Shown here: piece after piece, positions 1 through 11,509 of the stretch
How positions within the stretch are numbered: the first letter of the stretch is position 1
Layout: each line of letters begins with the position of its first letter
Source of the DNA: Oopsacas minuta
Lineage: Eukaryota > Animalia > Porifera
Length of the DNA: 64,000 nucleotides
Reading direction: 5' to 3'
Assembly: GCA_024704765.1 (NCBI GenBank)
Contig: JAKMXF010000321.1
Coordinates: forward strand, 62,001 to 126,000
The notes under the pieces: generated by a model
What the model saw: only the letters and a program-made list of their open reading frames with translations
The model's database searches: none
What the model was told of the DNA's origin: nothing
Position numbers and translations under genes: made by a program

Positions 1-1347
1 GAGTATTGATACCATACGTCCCATTAAGGAGTTACACTTTCTAGTAAATAAACAGTTCCCAGAGGCTATAACACAATGTGGAATGTTAACAGAAGTACAC
101 CCTCAGTCCTGTGGTATCACTACTGCTAATAGTCTTAGACTGCTGACTAATGATCCTACAGAGTTTGTGATACATACCAAGAACTCACAAGGTTGTTAGG
201 GTTAAATATTTATACATTTAATTAATTGCTAATAGGGGAACACCGCTGATATTTACCGAGGGTAGGGGTATACAGGAGCCCTCATTATCTCCCGTTATTG
301 TCTATATTTGTAGGAGAGACAATCTACGAGGACTACACCCAGGTAGAGAGCAAGATCAGCGGTCCTACACGCATTAAACCAGTAACACAAGACAACAAAG
401 ACGGTACATACACCGTCCAATTCACACCTGACATTATAGGAAAATATTCAGTAACTGTTACAGTCAATGGAGAAGTTATTCCACAGTGTCCTATGCTTAT
501 GATTGTGTCACGGAACTATTACGAGATAAGTACACCTCTTATACGTGTTAGTGCCACTAAACAGACAGACAAGGGGCCTTATGAGGCGGTATGTGGGGTA
601 GCATGTGACGCTAATGGGAACTTGTACGTAGCAGTCCCTGGTAACAAATGTGCAAAGGTATTTAGCCCAAATGGGAAATTCCTCTACCAAATAGGTAAAG
701 ACAAGCACGATATACGTCCGTACGGTGTAGCCGTCTGCAGGAAAGGACGCGTGTATGTAACGGATCAACAGAAAAACTGTCTAGCAATATTCGATAATGA
801 CGGAGACCTGCTTAATTGTGTTAAAGCAACCCAGAAGGGATACCCAGAGCTGAATAAACCCCTGGGGGTGTGTGTCAATCACGTAGGAGAGATCCTAGTA
901 GCTGATTCAGGGAATAACAGAATAGTTGTATTTGACAGTGACGGATTAGCAAGGAGACAGATAGGGACAGGGGATGTGTTAACTGCTCCCCATGACGTAG
1001 CGACTAACTCTCTAAACCAGATAATTGTCCTAGACAAGGGACAGTTCCGTATAAGTGTATTTGACCCCAAGGGAGAGTTCCTATTCACAATGATACCAGG
1101 AGGTCGTAATGAGGGTTCAATTGGTAAGGGAAGGTTCATCGGGGTCGATAAGGCTGACAACATTCTAGTAACAGACTCATCGACTAACAGCATTAAGATA
1201 TTCTGTATGGATGGTTTATTCTTTGGACAACTGTACTCTCCCAGCGATGAGACCGACCAATTGTCCAAGCCCCTTGGTATAACCGTCAATTCAGAGGGCA
1301 AGATTGTGGTTAGCTATTCGGGGAGCACACGGATAAGCCTATTTTAG
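1..1347 (+). CDS. TRIM2/TRIM3/TRIM71-like filamin(Ig)-NHL protein, 5' part outside window; exons <1..191 and 314..1347
   Basis: Open frame 2..191 (..EFVIHTKNSQG) splices via GT at 192 and AG at 312-313 into GETIYEDY..DNKDGTYTVQFTP (filamin repeat signature). It is followed by about six NHL blades (P-x-G-[VI]-[AC]-[VC] motifs, VADSGNNRIVVFD). Stop at 1347. Confidence 0.85.
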
Positions 1348-1592
1348 ATTTTAATAATTTGTATATTTGTATATTGTTTATATTGAATCTTTTATAAATA
1401 TGAATTCCAATCAACTATCTTCGTAACCAGAGAAATATAAGATCATACACACTATGGATCTGGTCAGAAAATCTGTCTCCGTTTCCATAGTTACCTCGTT
1501 GGTACAGTGGATAATCTGTAGAATATTTAATCCAATAACAAACAATAACAAAAGACAAATAAAACCATATACACCTAAGCTAATAAAATTAA

Positions 1593-3371
1593 TTAACACA
1601 AGAATCTCTTCTTCCCTTCATCTCCCAAATTTCTTCCTTTAGTCTCAAACGGAAGTAAGAAACTAGCAACAGCTGATGCAATAGCTACACCAGCGTATAC
1701 AAATATTGTAGCATAGAAGTTCTCTTTCAGCAGTACAGTTGCTATGAAGGGCGTTATAATAGCCCCTACTCTTGCCATTGTGCTACAAAGCGCGAGAGCT
1801 GAAGCCCGTATTCGAGTGGGGTAGGCCTCTGGGGTGTATACATAGGCTGCTTGGAATGCACCCGTAATACAGCCCCTGATAGCAAATAAGAACACAGTCT
1901 TAATAATCTTATCATTAAACCCGGTACATAATAATAACAGGAAGTAGAAAACAGCTGATAACCCGAATTCTGACGTCATCGTTAACTTCCTGCCTATCAG
2001 ATCACTTAGTAAAAGTGTCGCGAAAAGTCCGGGGAATTCCGCGATAGATGTGACTAGGAATTCTAAATAATCTTCACTAGTGAGTACCTTACAAGTGTTA
2101 GGTGTGTTAGTAGCATTCGTGATACCACAATGGTTGTCATATACGAATAACTCAGTTGTAACTAGTACAGCTCCGTAGTAACCGAAACCAGAACCAAACC
2201 ATACTATTAATAGTATCAATGTGGTTAGGAAATACTCTTTAGAGAATAGTTCTAGAAAGTTACCTCTCTGGCCTATCTTAGGGAGCGAAATAGGAGCGGT
2301 GGGTGCTGATGAATCCTCCTCGGTCTCGTCACTCTCTGTGTCCAGAATTGGTGCCTCTTCTCCAGTAGACATGTCCCTCTTGTGAGCTACAAGTTGCCCT
2401 GGAGGCAGCTGTCTGCAATTCTGTTTAGCAGCTGCCACCAGAACCTTATAGGCTCTCTCTGGTTCATTGCTAGCTAGGAGGTACCTGGGACTATCTGGTA
2501 CAAATGGGAAGTAGAAGAGGACCAATAGGATAGGGATGGCAGAGAACCCGACTAAATACCTCCAACCTAATGTGTCCATCACAAGAAGTGCAAGTAATGC
2601 CTCGAAACAGGAACCAACTGCCCAAGCAAACTCTAACATAACAATACAAGGAGAACGAAATCTGATTGGTAGAAACTCTGAGTAATATGTGACCGCTTGA
2701 GGGGAAGCGCTAATACAACCACCGACACAAAACCTTACCACTAGCAGCCACGCGTAGGTGGGTACCAGTGATGTCATGAGTCCAAAGTATACAACGAAGA
2801 ATGAGCTTAACCATAAGGTCCTTCTCCTGCCATATCTAGTGTTAAAATGGGATTAATCACTCATTCAACTAATAGAATGTCAGAATCTGATTGGTGAAAA
2901 TATTAATAATAGAAATTTCATAACAACAGGACAGCATCTACACCCTATAATGTCCCCACTGACAAAATTCCAAGTCAATCTTCCCTAGCAACAGGGAGTA
3001 TAACACCTCTTAACTTACCTATCAGAGAGAATTCCAAAAGGAGGAGATCCTAGCATCATTCCAATGAACACTACCGTTGTTATCATAGCCTCCTCATAGG
3101 TAGAGAGGGACCATTGACACTGTACCGCAGGGGCTAGTACTGCTAACATCATCATCTCCATAGCATCTGCCATCCAGACCAGAGCTGAGAAGACAGATAA
3201 CCGAAGTTGGAACATTCCAAATCCAATTTTCTCGATTGCCTCATCTACTGTGAATTCCAATTTTTCCCCCGGGGTAGGGGATACGGGGGTACTGGGCTTG
3301 TTAGGTGTGAATAGGACCTCTTCTCTTAGCTTAGAGTAGCTAACAGAATTTTGACATTCTGTCTCAGTCAT
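1593..3371 (-). CDS. SVOP: Synaptic vesicle 2-related MFS transporter; exons 3371..3019 and 2835..1593
   Basis: FTVDEAIEKIGFGMFQ, DAMEMMML, and GILSDR|YGRRR joined across a GT-AG intron (3018..2836). Also has SDLIGRK, YTPEAYPTRIRA and LPFETKGR MFS sugar-transporter-family motifs. Confidence 0.88.
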
Positions 3372-3679
3372 TCTTCTAATAAACTACAAGTAACTTATCC
3401 ATGGTTCAATGTGATTATTCTATTCATTGACAGATTGAATGTAATAAATTTGTTTGTCACCTTGAAATTGCAGAATACAGTATACTCTAATTAATTGGCT
3501 CACATGCTAATACACCTGACCCGTCTGACCCGATTACTCTATAGATCTCTCCTTAACAAACCTCTTGTGAGCACGAGAGTAGACACACACACAGCTGATA
3601 TACTAATACAGTATGTTACCCTGTCACAGCGGTCCACACCTTTTCACCCAAGGCCCTTATTCCAATTTTACACATTCTG

Positions 3680-3747
3680 TGGTGACGACCCCCTGCTCTC
3701 GTTTGTGGACCCCCAAGAGGTCCATGAAGCCAGGTTGGGAACAGCTG
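3680..3747. mobile_element. Right end of a dispersed hAT-like MITE family (GTGGACC..GGTTGGGAACAGCTG)
   Basis: Similar ends occur at about 40735-40797 and 60973-61038, with related pieces at about 20065-20100 and 59459-59617. The terminal sequence is the reverse complement of CAGCTGTTCCCAACC, typical of hAT/Charlie ends. Confidence 0.6.
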
Positions 3748-3889
3748 CCCTTTAAGATACTTCTATGAGTTGTGTACAAATATAATACTTTGGGTGACAT
3801 TTCAAAATTCAATGATTTAATTCTATTTTTTGAAAGATAATATTTACATTAGAAACATCTGATGGAGCTTGAAAGAAATGGCCTTAAAA

Positions 3890-4235
3890 CAGGGCGACCA
3901 GACGTCCTTTTTTGCCCTTTTTTTACCCTGGATTCTAATGACTCTTTAATTAACACGGATATCCATAGAGTGGATTGTAACTTACCGTATATCCTTATTG
4001 ATTCTCTCTTCAGAATCTATAATTCATAAGTCGGGTTCATTATTCTTACCTCACTTTATTACGTATTGTATAACAATATTACTAATTCTGTTTTGTTTCC
4101 TTACTCTATTGACGTAATATCTAGTTTCATAGGTTAGCATGTATTGTTATCGTTCAAAGTTCAGTGATCTACGTATACATTGTATATCATAGAAAAAGTG
4201 TCCTGTTTTTATAACGAAGACATCTGGTCACCCTG
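3890..4235. mobile_element. hAT-type MITE
   Basis: TIRs CAGGGCGACCAGACG (3890) and CATCTGGTCACCCTG (ends 4235), flanked by a perfect 8-bp TSD CCTTAAAA (3882-3889 and 4236-4243). Confidence 0.9.
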
Positions 4236-5146
4236 CCTTAAAAGGACATTTATGGGATAAATATTATTAACCCATAATATCGCAAGAACAAACATCAAAA
4301 GAAAAACTTGTTTGCTAATATTTGTTAAATGTCAACAAAACAATATTTTAGAGGATTTTCAGTTAATCTCTAAACTTATTTACACTTCGGGGTAAAGATT
4401 CGGGTTCGGGTCGAATTCTGTACCCAGCGGTTTCCAACCTTTTTGCCCTTTAAGATACTTCTATGAATTGTGTACAAATATGGATTCATCATTATAATCA
4501 TACCCGGTTCTAAACGGGGCCAATAGACCCATTTGTGTCCCGCATGATCTCAAAATTTGTATCACAGTTTATAGGAGTGAATCCACAAAATGTGTTAGAT
4601 TGGTATAAGAGATAATAATAGGAACATAGCCCGCCAAATATGAAACAGTTATAAATAGCCAATTTACAAACAAATAAACTAATAAGAAGAATCTGTGAAT
4701 AATTAAATTGTTGTTGTTGTTGTTGTTGTTGTTGTTTGGATTCTGATATTTGTGTAATATATTAACAGAGCAACCAAACAAGTAAACATCAAGTTACTTG
4801 TTTACAAGATAAACGGAATATTAAGCTATTCAACTAGGTGTTACAATATGATTAAAGAATTCTACTTAACCCAAAATGTGTCATTAATTAAGCTCATATC
4901 TGTGAGGCCTGATATGGCCACAATTTACAGAATGCCCTCTAGCCATTTTGGCGCCATTTTAAATGTTTAAAAATAAAGAAAACAATAAACAAAGGTACAA
5001 ACTCCACGCGTCAGAATTCGACAGAGATTCTTAACATTCCAAAATATGGATTCTGCCATATCAAGTCGACACAATTTGAATGGTTTCAGATATGGACAAT
5101 TTTAGTTTATAAGAGTGACAAAAAATATTCATACATTATTTCTAAA

Positions 5147-5932
5147 ATGTGTAGCTGTACATTTTGCAGGATCTTCTTAGCTTTGCTGCTAATCATATTA
5201 AACATAGTTGGACTATGCTTGGGGGCATTCTTGGTGATTGGTTCAGGTATCCTCTTGGCCAATATGACCGAAATTGGACTGTTTACAACCGGGATAGAGT
5301 CCCCGCTGATTTCGTGTATAATCGCTGGGGCCTTTCTAATAATCCTCGCGGGGGTAGCAATCCTGGGGGCATTTCTGTCCTGTCTGGGGAGTAACGTGAT
5401 CGCCAGATGGATCGCTACTATACTCCTACTCATGTACATTGGAACAATGATAGTTCTAATTCTACTAGAACTAGGGGCTACAATCGCCCTCGCAGTATCC
5501 AGACGGGAGATCATCCACACAGCAGGTGATTGGTACACATTACAATTACAAGACCATGTGACAGAAGATAACAAGGACTACATCCAACGGATCGACGCCC
5601 TACAGTACCATTTTATATGTTGCGGGTTCCATGGTCCAAATGATTACAAAAACACCTCGTTAGGAAGTATGGGGAGTCTACCCAACAGCTGTTGCATGCC
5701 AAACATTACAATAGCAACAATGTATAACTCTACATGTCATTTCAATTCCTCTACACTCATAGACACAGGGTGTCGTGTCCGTTTAGAAATGTATATAGAT
5801 GCTAATGTGATACCACTCAGTGTGGCAGGTGGCATACTACTTGTGGCAGAGATAGTATGTGTCGTAATTCCTATTATACTTATCGTTGTCATGTGTATTT
5901 CAGCTAGTAGGGATGGATATATGGAAGCTTGA
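5147..5932 (+). CDS. Tetraspanin (intronless, 261 aa)
   Basis: Four hydrophobic segments and a large extracellular loop with CCG (FICCGF), PNSCC and a distal Cys (TGC). Confidence 0.92.
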   Translation: MCSCTFCRIFLALLLIILNIVGLCLGAFLVIGSGILLANMTEIGLFTTGIESPLISCIIAGAFLIILAGVAILGAFLSCLGSNVIARWIATILLLMYIGTMIVLILLELGATIALAVSRREIIHTAGDWYTLQLQDHVTEDNKDYIQRIDALQYHFICCGFHGPNDYKNTSLGSMGSLPNSCCMPNITIATMYNSTCHFNSSTLIDTGCRVRLEMYIDANVIPLSVAGGILLVAEIVCVVIPIILIVVMCISASRDGYMEA

Positions 5933-6224
5933 ATGTTTTTGTTTGTTTGTTTATATTTATCTTCATTTCGTATTTATTTATGATCTTATATCAGTGAAAT
6001 AAAGTATTCTGTATTGTTTGTTGTTTACCCGAGCGAGTGTCAAACGAATACACATAATAATAATAAACAGTTAGACAAATCAGATTGAAGGATTGTTTGT
6101 TTGTTTGTAGATTTGTTTGTTTACTCTGAACCATGAGCACATAACACTAACCCACTCAAAACAATAACTTTACATTAATAAAACAAACAATATAATTAAA
6201 GATACAAACATCAAAACATTCCAA

Positions 6225-9200
6225 TCATGCAATATTAAACCCTTGAGTATTCCTTATAGCATAGAGTAGTTTCTGTTTAAGCTCTTCATAACTTGAATAT
6301 CTGGGAATATCCAGACGGTTAAAACACGTATGAGATTCTGGGAGACCTTCTCCGTAAATCAATCGTATCGTGAACCTCTGTACGTGTCCATGGGTGCTTG
6401 TGAGTCCCTGGAAACCGTTTAGGGGAATGGAACTTGATCCTGTTATGAATTGTAGCAATCTGAGTCTGTCTTCATTTTCAAATTCCTCAACAGCCCTCCA
6501 GAAATTTTTAACAACAGGATTATGTTCACTGATACCTGAACTATAATGAGTGTTCTCCTTCCAGTCAGTAAGGTCTATCTCTACCGATCCACTAATGAGC
6601 CACTCCAGCTCAGAGGCGTCAAATCTTTTCAACATTTTAAGGGGGACAATCTCTCGTACTCCACTGACCAATGAGATTGTCTGCTTCTCTACGTCGTGTG
6701 ACATTCTACTCTTCAACATTAAATCCACATATTTTTGTTTGTTTTTATTATTCACACCTATCTGTTGTCCATCTTTCATGAGATTTATGGTCCTCACCTC
6801 TCCAAATGGGAGCTCCTCTTGGTACGAGAAGGTTAGGTACAAATCCTCAGTGTCATTATTAGAGAGGACATATTTTAGTGACTGATGCATAGTCGGGTCG
6901 ACCGCTTCGAGGTCACTAAGGACAAATTGCTCATCTAAAATGGGTTTAGTAATGGCCCGAGAGAAGAACACATCCATTAATTGTTGTTGTACCAAAGCAA
7001 GCCCAATTAATCGACCAGCAAATCGAAACCATAAATTCCAGTTTCGTATTTTACTGCTGGTTTTCTGTATTTGTACATTATAACTACCATCAGCTGAGTA
7101 CTCAAATAGACCGTAGGAAGGATTAAATAATTCATGAGAGAGATAGAAAAAGAATTCCTTTATGAGTCCTCCTTCATCAATACCGTCCTCTGTGTCATAA
7201 TTAACTCGAATGTGTCGTCTTCTGAGTTTAATAGCAGGTGTTTGCATCAGCTGTTGAAATGCACTGGTTAGGAAAGTAGTGCGGTTAAGATAGAATGTTA
7301 AAGTGTCCCATGAATGGTCGTAACCTTTCTCATTCAATTCGTTCCAGAACTTTGTGGCCTTCTTCATAAACTGTCCCTTTTCAGCATGTAATTGTGTCGT
7401 TGTGTTGGTGGCACTTACCGCTACCCTCTCTGAATGTGTCCGACGGATCTGTCGTGGGTTATAGACCTCTATCTCTTGGTCTACCATACTCAAAAAGTGC
7501 GCTAATATCTCAGAATTCTGGTGCCTCTCCAATCCATCTTGTCCTCTGTTCCCTACCTCCCGTATAATGGACCTCAATTCAGGTGTCGCGAATTCTCCCA
7601 TCACATTTGAAACAACAGTAAATATGTCATCACGTCTGAGGAATGCAATTAACCTCTCTGTTGGCTCAAGTTCTACAAGCTCCCCATCAGGTTCCAGATC
7701 CCCATCAAACACCTCCTCTTGGTCCAACACCCCCCCTGCTATCCTCCTGTTGTTGCTGATCCTCTGTGGGATACCCTCCTGGGTGGTGGTCAAGGTTTCA
7801 ACACCTTTTTGTGGCAGACGTGGGTCCACAAATGTGACGAATCTTTGTTCGTGATTTACGAAAACTCTCTCTTTCATTTTTGATATTTTCATTTCCCAAT
7901 CTTTCGGGAAATCTGCGTTAGTGTCAGCCATGCTATTCAGGAATGTGACTAAAGTGGAAGACCTGTGCCACTTTAGATAGGTGTTAGGATTGTGTCGTAT
8001 TTCCTGTACAATGGCTAAAAGTTTCAAATCACTGAACAGATACTTAGAATTCCCTCTCTTCTCTAGAAACACAAATAAATCCTTTCTCAACAGGAATATT
8101 ACTCCAGGATTCTCTTTAACTACAGGGTCGACACTTTGTGGCACAATGACAGACTGTCTCTTCTTCCTGAAGGAACTAAATCTGGGTAGAGAGGAGAACA
8201 GGTCCCTCATGGAGTCCCTGGTAAAGGAGAGCGAGTCCATGGTAAAGGAGAACGACCCCCTGGACAATACGGAACCAGATCTTTTCCCTTCTGTGTCCTC
8301 CTGTCTGCTAGGTGTGAATTCTCCACTATTCTCAATACATTGCGTACGAAGCGTTACCATAGTTTCCTCTGTGGAATTCTCCAATGATTTATTTGATTTA
8401 TATCTACTCAACATTCTCTGTTCGTATCTGAGCCTCTCCTCATCTAAATCAGAGGTGATATTAATCGGAACTAACTCTATCGGATCGAGGGATGTTGTTT
8501 CAAGGGGTCGGGATAGAGGGAACTTGAGATTATAGAGGGCAGCAGTGAACTCTTCTGTCAGGCCAGCTGATATATTCGGTAAAGTCAGAGGTGAAATATG
8601 GATAGATTCTCCACAAGTGGAAAATTCAAGAGGTGATAATTCTACACTAAGTGGTTCTAGTTGTTCAGAGGGTTTAGATGACAATTTTTCAGCCTCATCG
8701 GTTGCTGGGGATGAACACGCAGGGCTAGATACGGATTGTGCGAATGGAATGCGAGCGAGTGAATTATTGATAGGACTATAAGAGATTGGATTGGCTTGTT
8801 TTATGAAGAAAAGTGTGAAAAAAATTCTTCCCAAACTCTTATTTTCTATTTTCAAATCTAAATCTATTTTCTTGGTCTCTCCAGGTGTAAAATGTGGCGC
8901 GAGACACAATTCCACTTTCCCTAACAACCTGTAAGTGTCCGCATCGGTATTTTCTAGACACAGTGCTTCAATAGCCAATGAATCTTCAGCATTTGCAGAC
9001 AGGTTATGAATCAAATCTGAGCGCCAACTAATTTCCCCGCCTAAAGATGTTTTCAGCAATAAGATCTTAGCCAATGGGATTGCTAGCTCATTCCCCGCCA
9101 GTTTAATATCTAAATATAGCACATGGATATCGTTTTGGGGACTATGGAATTCTTTTATGACAATATCGCTAATGTGCATATTATGTCGAAGTGGCACGCT

Positions 9201-9632
9201 AGAGTACTGAGGATGTACCACTGTAATTGTGTCGCTAGTTGCCAACAATTCACTTTGGAAACTGTAATACCGGAAACAGCAGGGGGTTTCTGATTCAGTG
9301 AATGACTCAGGATTAATCCTCCAACGAAGCATACCGGCTTTCTGGACACATGGACCTCTTTTCTTGAACTCCAGGTAGTCAAAGGGACCTGTCGCCTCCA
9401 AGGGGTACATACCTAGCCAATCCTGTGTATCAGTGGGTCTATTAACGAGCCAACTAATATTCAGGGTCTGTCCTACCGTAACACGAGAAGAGGACAGATA
9501 TATATAAGAGGAACTGGGCTCATCAGTGTCACCCCCTAGCATTTTATCCGCGGATAAGGATGTGGCTAGTTGCGGGAATGGGACGGAGACAGGTGGCAGA
9601 GGTGGTAGCGACACATTCATACAAGTTGCCAT
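6225..9632 (-). CDS. HECW: HECW1/2 (NEDL)-type HECT E3 ubiquitin ligase, intronless, about 1135 aa
   Basis: Contains the HECW N-terminal domain (TLNISW..DWLGMY), a C2-like region, helical box, a WW domain (FPKDWEMK..TFVDPR) and a HECT domain with catalytic Cys (SHTCFNRLDIP). Start placed at MATCMN (9632) because the longer ORF begins in AT-rich intergenic sequence. Confidence 0.9.
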   Translation of the reverse strand: MATCMNVSLPPLPPVSVPFPQLATSLSADKMLGGDTDEPSSSYIYLSSSRVTVGQTLNISWLVNRPTDTQDWLGMYPLEATGPFDYLEFKKRGPCVQKAGMLRWRINPESFTESETPCCFRYYSFQSELLATSDTITVVHPQYSSVPLRHNMHISDIVIKEFHSPQNDIHVLYLDIKLAGNELAIPLAKILLLKTSLGGEISWRSDLIHNLSANAEDSLAIEALCLENTDADTYRLLGKVELCLAPHFTPGETKKIDLDLKIENKSLGRIFFTLFFIKQANPISYSPINNSLARIPFAQSVSSPACSSPATDEAEKLSSKPSEQLEPLSVELSPLEFSTCGESIHISPLTLPNISAGLTEEFTAALYNLKFPLSRPLETTSLDPIELVPINITSDLDEERLRYEQRMLSRYKSNKSLENSTEETMVTLRTQCIENSGEFTPSRQEDTEGKRSGSVLSRGSFSFTMDSLSFTRDSMRDLFSSLPRFSSFRKKRQSVIVPQSVDPVVKENPGVIFLLRKDLFVFLEKRGNSKYLFSDLKLLAIVQEIRHNPNTYLKWHRSSTLVTFLNSMADTNADFPKDWEMKISKMKERVFVNHEQRFVTFVDPRLPQKGVETLTTTQEGIPQRISNNRRIAGGVLDQEEVFDGDLEPDGELVELEPTERLIAFLRRDDIFTVVSNVMGEFATPELRSIIREVGNRGQDGLERHQNSEILAHFLSMVDQEIEVYNPRQIRRTHSERVAVSATNTTTQLHAEKGQFMKKATKFWNELNEKGYDHSWDTLTFYLNRTTFLTSAFQQLMQTPAIKLRRRHIRVNYDTEDGIDEGGLIKEFFFYLSHELFNPSYGLFEYSADGSYNVQIQKTSSKIRNWNLWFRFAGRLIGLALVQQQLMDVFFSRAITKPILDEQFVLSDLEAVDPTMHQSLKYVLSNNDTEDLYLTFSYQEELPFGEVRTINLMKDGQQIGVNNKNKQKYVDLMLKSRMSHDVEKQTISLVSGVREIVPLKMLKRFDASELEWLISGSVEIDLTDWKENTHYSSGISEHNPVVKNFWRAVEEFENEDRLRLLQFITGSSSIPLNGFQGLTSTHGHVQRFTIRLIYGEGLPESHTCFNRLDIPRYSSYEELKQKLLYAIRNTQGFNIA

Positions 9633-9720
9633 GCTAATATGTAAGCAAATATTAATCAAAATGCAAATCAACAATAATAAAAACAAAGTTATAAAAATAC
9701 AAAATAGCAAACAATAACAA

Positions 9721-11394
9721 TCATATTACATCAAAGAATTGCAAACACCCAGAATGGTTACAGGACAAAACAACCAGACGATTGGTACTATCAAACACGA
9801 GACCCCTCGGCTCTACAAACACCCCCTCGGCACCTATTTGCCCCTTCATAACACCATCGATGGAGAATATGAAAACACAATTCCTAGCATAATCTGACAA
9901 GAATACGTCATCATGTTTACTAAGTGTCATAAACAGAGGATTAGATATTTGTTTGTGTAATGAGAAAGATATTGTGCTATACAAGAGGTCACCTGATTGT
10001 CCAAACACGTGAAGACACTTTAGGCTCCTGTCCAACACCACAATCTTATTGGTCGAATCACAGGCTATGTCCACAGGTTTCAACAGCTGACCAACACCCA
10101 TGAGACGTTGGAAATTTGTTGAAAAGTCGAATATTTGGATTCTGTTGTTTCCTGTATCACAAATATAGATTAATCTCTTGGACGGGAGAGCGGTCATACA
10201 AGAGGGGAGGGAGAAGCGACCGTCAGTGGTCCCTTCCTTACCGAATTTCTTAACAAATGCCCCGTTAGGTGTGAAAATATAGATACAATTCAGAGTGGAT
10301 TGTGTCACATACACGTGATTGTTAGCGAAACATATTCCATAAGGATTTGACATTTTATTCGATTTCTCCACAAAGAACTTTACATGATCCCCGTTAGGTG
10401 TCAAAATCTGCACCCTAGAGTTCCCCTTCTCCACCACATACAGGTTCCCATTCACCGGATTAACACTTATAGTCTTTGGTTTCATAATACAGCCACTTCC
10501 AGTCCCTTCAGGACACTTCACAATTATGGGGTATTTGGGATAGTGTGTAGGTTTCGATGGTTGTGCCAGTCGAGCCATCTCTTCTTCAGTCAAGTCGTTA
10601 ATGTCTTCATACATTGGTGCACTTCCTGGTGGCACAAATGTGTCCTGTATAGGTGGCACGATGTCCCTTTGTGGCAGTTCTGGACCATCATTAGGCAATG
10701 AGTAGTAAGTGTTACCGACAGGTGGACCAACCATCTCTGTATATACACTATCTCTATTATTAGTGCCTGTACCTTCAATAGAAACTTCAAGCGAATCGAT
10801 CTCATAAGCAGTACGACTCTCCGTATCTGGAACTAAATAATTGGACACTTTTTTCGTATCAACAGGAGATGGTTCAAACCCTAATTTTTTGATTGTTGTA
10901 CTTACATGTCTTTTCGGTTTAGGGGGCTTTTGGGGAGACAGATTCTCTAGGGACACTGACGATTTCAAAGCAGGTATAGGCAGAGACCGAGATGGTGACT
11001 GTTTGCTCTCATGTACCCCTAATTCTACATCTCCAAGAGATGAGACCAATTTAATGAGCTGGTTATCCGTCCAAGCTAGCTTAATGCAGGATATAACACC
11101 CTCCTGATGAATATTCTCATACGGATGAACTCTACCTTGTATCTCAGAAATTTTATTATCGATAACAGCAATATTCGCAGCTGATTCTCCCAAAATGGAA
11201 ACCGTTTGACATCTGTATTCCCGCAATTTCTGTAATTCCTCTATATTAGACTTAGTCTCAGAATCAATCTTGTCTAAGCTGTCGAATAAACTGGCCTTTC
11301 TGGAATCTAACTTTGATTTAATGTCAGAGATTCTATTTTCTATCCAAACTTTTGTTCCAGAAATATCTGAAAATTCTTTAACAAAATCTACCAT
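9721..11394 (-). CDS. RING-less coiled-coil + Tyr/Pro-rich linker + NHL beta-propeller protein (557 aa)
   Basis: N-terminal heptad helix, low-complexity linker, then NHL blades (KPKTISV, NPYGICF, LPSCMTA, CDTGNNRIQIF, EPRGLVFD). Single exon. Confidence 0.88.
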   Translation of the reverse strand: MVDFVKEFSDISGTKVWIENRISDIKSKLDSRKASLFDSLDKIDSETKSNIEELQKLREYRCQTVSILGESAANIAVIDNKISEIQGRVHPYENIHQEGVISCIKLAWTDNQLIKLVSSLGDVELGVHESKQSPSRSLPIPALKSSVSLENLSPQKPPKPKRHVSTTIKKLGFEPSPVDTKKVSNYLVPDTESRTAYEIDSLEVSIEGTGTNNRDSVYTEMVGPPVGNTYYSLPNDGPELPQRDIVPPIQDTFVPPGSAPMYEDINDLTEEEMARLAQPSKPTHYPKYPIIVKCPEGTGSGCIMKPKTISVNPVNGNLYVVEKGNSRVQILTPNGDHVKFFVEKSNKMSNPYGICFANNHVYVTQSTLNCIYIFTPNGAFVKKFGKEGTTDGRFSLPSCMTALPSKRLIYICDTGNNRIQIFDFSTNFQRLMGVGQLLKPVDIACDSTNKIVVLDRSLKCLHVFGQSGDLLYSTISFSLHKQISNPLFMTLSKHDDVFLSDYARNCVFIFSIDGVMKGQIGAEGVFVEPRGLVFDSTNRLVVLSCNHSGCLQFFDVI

Positions 11395-11509
11395 TTCAAA
11401 TAAATAGAATTACAGCCTAATATCAAAGTTTAGTAAGTGAAGAAATCTGATCTCATAGAGGTACTCGTATGTGTATATATAATTGAATAAGCTGGAATAG
11501 ACCAAGAAA

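Noticed and set aside
298-313. ORF-track start for the first NHL gene
   Set aside because: It lies inside intron 192-313; the true coding sequence continues from upstream of the window.
4708-4734. (TTG)9 and many (GTTT)n tracts in introns and UTRs
   Set aside because: Ordinary microsatellites found in both orientations relative to transcription, with no consistent positional signal.
9633-9710. Hydrophobic N-terminal extension of the HECW ORF (MLFCIFITLFLLLL..)
   Set aside because: It reads through AT-rich intergenic sequence next to the neighbouring gene's stop. HECW ligases have no signal peptide.
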